The notes under the pieces are model-generated. The model was given only the letters and a program-made list of their open reading frames with translations. It was not told the DNA's origin and ran no database searches. The position numbers and the translations under genes were made by a program. A stretch of 64,000 nucleotides of DNA from an uncultured Nitrospirales bacterium (lineage in GTDB: Bacteria; Nitrospirota; Nitrospiria; Nitrospirales; NS-4), in NCBI GenBank assembly GCA_964542245.1, contig CAZITU010000002.1, positions 9,025 to 73,024 of the forward strand. The letters run 5' to 3'. Of the stretch, positions 61,725 through 64,000 are shown piece by piece (within the stretch, counting starts at the first letter, position 1; every line of letters starts with the position of its first letter).

Positions 61725-62569
61725 GGTTCATCCCCCGAACGGACGGCTTCGCCGCTTTCCTCTCCAGCCTCAGCAAGCCCCATAGGAGACGCACCAGGCT
61801 CCACTTTACGGGCGACCGTGAGAAAGCCACTGTGCGCTACCATTCGGTGGTCCGGCCGCACGCTTCGCCCCTCGATGTTCCAGGTCCGGAGCAGGGTCTC
61901 AAACGTCTGGATCATTGAGAAGACCCGGACTCGATGCAGCGCCTCCACCGTCTGCATCACCTGGGGAATCGTCGGCACATAGCTCAGGTACACTCCGCCC
62001 GACCGCAATACCGCCGCCGCGTGTGGCACCACCCGCCACGGCTCGGGCAGGTCCAGGACCACCCGGTCCATATCGGTTTCCTCGATTCCTTCATAGGCGT
62101 TGTTCTGCCGGAGCGTCAGGTTATGGACCGGGCCGAGATAGCGTTCGATGTTCTTCATCGCCGTCCGGGCAAAATCCTCGCGGGCCTCATAGCTGACGAC
62201 GTGCCCCCGTTCGCCGACGGCCCGGAGCAGCGTCATCGTCAGGGCGCCCGACCCGGTTCCCGCTTCGAAGACCCGCGCGCCGGGATAAATGTCGGCCCAC
62301 TGGACGATCACGCCGAGGTCCTTAGGGTAGAGAACTTGCGCTCCCCGGGGCATCTTGAGGACGTATTCCGAGAGGGTCGGGTGGAGGGCAAGCAAGCGAC
62401 GACCGCGGGACAGAGTCACGAGAGACCCGTCGGGCTTGCCGATTAAAACATCGTGCGCGATGGCCTCCCCGCCCAGTTGGAAGGTATCGCCAGCCTTGAG
62501 CGTCAACGCGTACTGGCGTCCCTTCCGGTCCACGAGATGGACCCGGTCGCCGTCTTTCAGCACAATCAT
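61721..62569 (-). CDS. trmI: tRNA (adenine58-N1)-methyltransferase TrmI/GCD14 family
   Basis: N-terminal beta domain (DRVHLVDRKGRQYALTLKAGDTFQ), SAM motif VFEAGTGSGALT, and VLDLPEPW. Confidence 0.85.
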   Translation of the reverse strand: MIVLKDGDRVHLVDRKGRQYALTLKAGDTFQLGGEAIAHDVLIGKPDGSLVTLSRGRRLLALHPTLSEYVLKMPRGAQVLYPKDLGVIVQWADIYPGARVFEAGTGSGALTMTLLRAVGERGHVVSYEAREDFARTAMKNIERYLGPVHNLTLRQNNAYEGIEETDMDRVVLDLPEPWRVVPHAAAVLRSGGVYLSYVPTIPQVMQTVEALHRVRVFSMIQTFETLLRTWNIEGRSVRPDHRMVAHSGFLTVARKVEPGASPMGLAEAGEESGEAVRSGDEP

Positions 62570-62601
62570 GGCATCACCTCAAGATGAGGGAAGGAAGGAC
62601 G

Positions 62602-62781
62602 TCAACTCGGCTTGATGGGCCCGGCCGCGTTGGCGCCGAGGTCCACCATCGTGAGACGAACGAGCGCGTGGCAGTGAGGGCAGGGGAAGCGCATGGTACC
62701 CTCGTCGAGCCATTCAATGATCTCGTCTTTCACCCACATCAGCTTCCCACAAAAGGGACAGGGCTTCACGGGCAGCGGCAT
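62602..62781 (-). CDS. 59-aa zinc-ribbon mini-protein (not in the ORF track; below its 60-aa cutoff)
   Basis: My translation is MPLPVKPCPFCGKLMWVKDEIIEWLDEGTMRFPCPHCHALVRLTMVDLGANAAGPIKPS, with CPFC..CPHC. GGAG lies 5 nt upstream. It starts 10 nt after the preceding mini-ORF stop, and its length is a multiple of 3 with a TGA stop. Confidence 0.5.
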   Translation of the reverse strand: MPLPVKPCPFCGKLMWVKDEIIEWLDEGTMRFPCPHCHALVRLTMVDLGANAAGPIKPS

Positions 62782-62791
62782 CGGTCTCCTC

Positions 62792-62962
62792 TCACACGTC
62801 GCGGACGGCGGCCTTGGCTTTCTCGACGAGATCGGGCGGCAACTGGGGCATCTGGTGAGCGATCATCGCGTGCATCTTCAGCTTGGCGAGCACATCGTCC
62901 ACGGAGGTGCCCTGGACCTCGAAGTTGCATTCCTCCTTCAAACACTTCAGCGCTTTCGCCAT
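62792..62962 (-). CDS. 56-aa DUF1059-like small metal-binding protein (not in the ORF track)
   Basis: My translation is MAKALKCLKEECNFEVQGTSVDDVLAKLKMHAMIAHQMPQLPPDLVEKAKAAVRDV. GGAGGG lies 7 nt upstream. The MAKxLKC...C.FE....eE.l......H pattern resembles DUF1059. Confidence 0.55.
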   Translation of the reverse strand: MAKALKCLKEECNFEVQGTSVDDVLAKLKMHAMIAHQMPQLPPDLVEKAKAAVRDV

Positions 62963-63090
62963 GGCAGTACCCTCCTTCTGCAGGTTCGCTGCTTCCCCTT
63001 CTACCGCATCAGAGGGGTTTCACGCAAGTCTAGGAGCGCATTGCGACACGCCCCTACGAGAGAGAAAGAGGGCGCGGCGACGCCTCGCCT

Positions 63091-64000
63091 CTACACCATG
63101 GGGCCGGTGTGTTTGGCGCAGGCCATCAGCTTGCAGTAGCAGCAGGTCACGGCGGTGGTCGGCTGGCCGCAGTTGGCACACGGATGTAACACGGCCCGAT
63201 CGTTCTCGGACATGGAAGGACGGGCCAGCTCTTCGGCCTTCCGCTTGGCCAGGAAGCCCCAATAGAAAGCCTGCTTGGTCCCGGGCGATTCGCTCTCCAG
63301 ACGGTTAAGGATGTCTTTGTACAACAGCATCTTGGCGCCCTTCGCATTCGGGCATTCCTCGACGATGTAATCTATCCTGTTGACGACGGCGTACGCGGCG
63401 ATCTCCCGTTCCGCCAGGCGGTACAGCGGCTTGACCTTCTTGGCGAACCCCTCGACCGACGCAGGCAGCACGGGTCCCTGCTTGCCCAAATATTCCGTCT
63501 GCCAGTGCAACACGTTGCCAAGAAGCCGCGAAGCTTCATCATCCAGATTGTGCCCCGTCGCCAGGACATCGTAGCCGTGCTCCACCGCCGCGCGATTGAA
63601 ATGATAGCGCTTGATCGTCCCGCAGGCCGAACAGGTCGGACGGTGGACCAAATCGGCAAGCTCGTTGATCCCGGCCCCTTCGTCTCCCTTCAGTTCGTGG
63701 ACATGGAGCGCGATGCCGCGGGCGGCGACAAACCGCTCCACCTTGGCTTTGGACTGCCGCGAATATTCACCGATGCCGAGGTCCACATAGAATGCGTCGG
63801 CCCGGTACCCCAGCTTGCACAGAATGTCCAGAAGAGTCAGGCTGTCCTTTCCGCCCGAGACCGCCACCAGGATGCGGTCGGCCTTGGCGAACATCTTTTC
63901 TTCGTCGACGGCCCGCTCGACCTGATGGCGGACGAACTCCGTCAGGCAGACCTTGCAGAAGGCGGTATGATGACGCGGTATCCCAATGACGGCTCTACTC
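63091..64000 (-). CDS. ttuA: TtuA/Ncs6-type tRNA 2-thiolation PP-loop ATPase (5' end beyond the window)
   Basis: The frame stays open to the window edge (..AVIGIPRHHTAFCKVCLTEFV upstream of the ORF-track Met). PP-loop SGGKDS, CSACG plus ECPN Cys triad, and a C-terminal CANCG..CCYC zinc finger. Confidence 0.8.
   Translation of the reverse strand, partial: SRAVIGIPRHHTAFCKVCLTEFVRHQVERAVDEEKMFAKADRILVAVSGGKDSLTLLDILCKLGYRADAFYVDLGIGEYSRQSKAKVERFVAARGIALHVHELKGDEGAGINELADLVHRPTCSACGTIKRYHFNRAAVEHGYDVLATGHNLDDEASRLLGNVLHWQTEYLGKQGPVLPASVEGFAKKVKPLYRLAEREIAAYAVVNRIDYIVEECPNAKGAKMLLYKDILNRLESESPGTKQAFYWGFLAKRKAEELARPSMSENDRAVLHPCANCGQPTTAVTCCYCKLMACAKHTGPMV

Overview
GC-rich bacterial chromosomal window. 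Gene content and protein sequences look Nitrospirota/Nitrospira-like, but that taxon call is inference only. I call about 70 protein genes. I saw no rRNA, tRNA, CRISPR array, transposase or integrase. Most of the window is tightly packed core housekeeping operons. On the minus strand: groES-groEL; ftsE-ftsX-envC-ctp; ffh-rpsP-KH-rimM-trmD-rplS-rnhB-yraN; uvrB; rimP-nusA-infB-DUF503-rbfA-truB-rpsO-pnp-M16 peptidase; polA; nth; rpsU. On the plus strand: pdxJ-nnr-tsaE-HIT-lapA-mutS; ugd. Non-housekeeping content sits in four places. (1) 44.85-49.95 kb holds five consecutive, co-directional, paralogous HEAT/PBS-lyase-type repeat genes directly downstream of polA, and this is my top candidate for an undescribed system. 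(2) 22.2-30.2 kb is a co-directional block: sensor kinase, sigma54-type response regulator, a candidate sigma54 promoter, an internally repetitive double-anchored membrane protein, an orphan ClpX with a duplicated zinc knuckle, a receiver-DUF4388 regulator, and two secreted proteins of unknown function. (3) 54.6-57.9 kb holds a class II ribonucleotide reductase flanked on both sides by small paralogous GIY-YIG-like ORFs, with two NrdR-box-like sites upstream of the whole unit. (4) 61.7-64.0 kb holds a ttuA-like gene and trmI, both tRNA T-loop modification enzymes, in one operon with two Cys/His-rich mini-ORFs that fall below the 60-aa cutoff of the ORF track. Many long ORFs antisense to real genes are GC-driven shadow ORFs and were rejected. 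All promoter, terminator and operator calls come from reading the sequence by eye and are low confidence.
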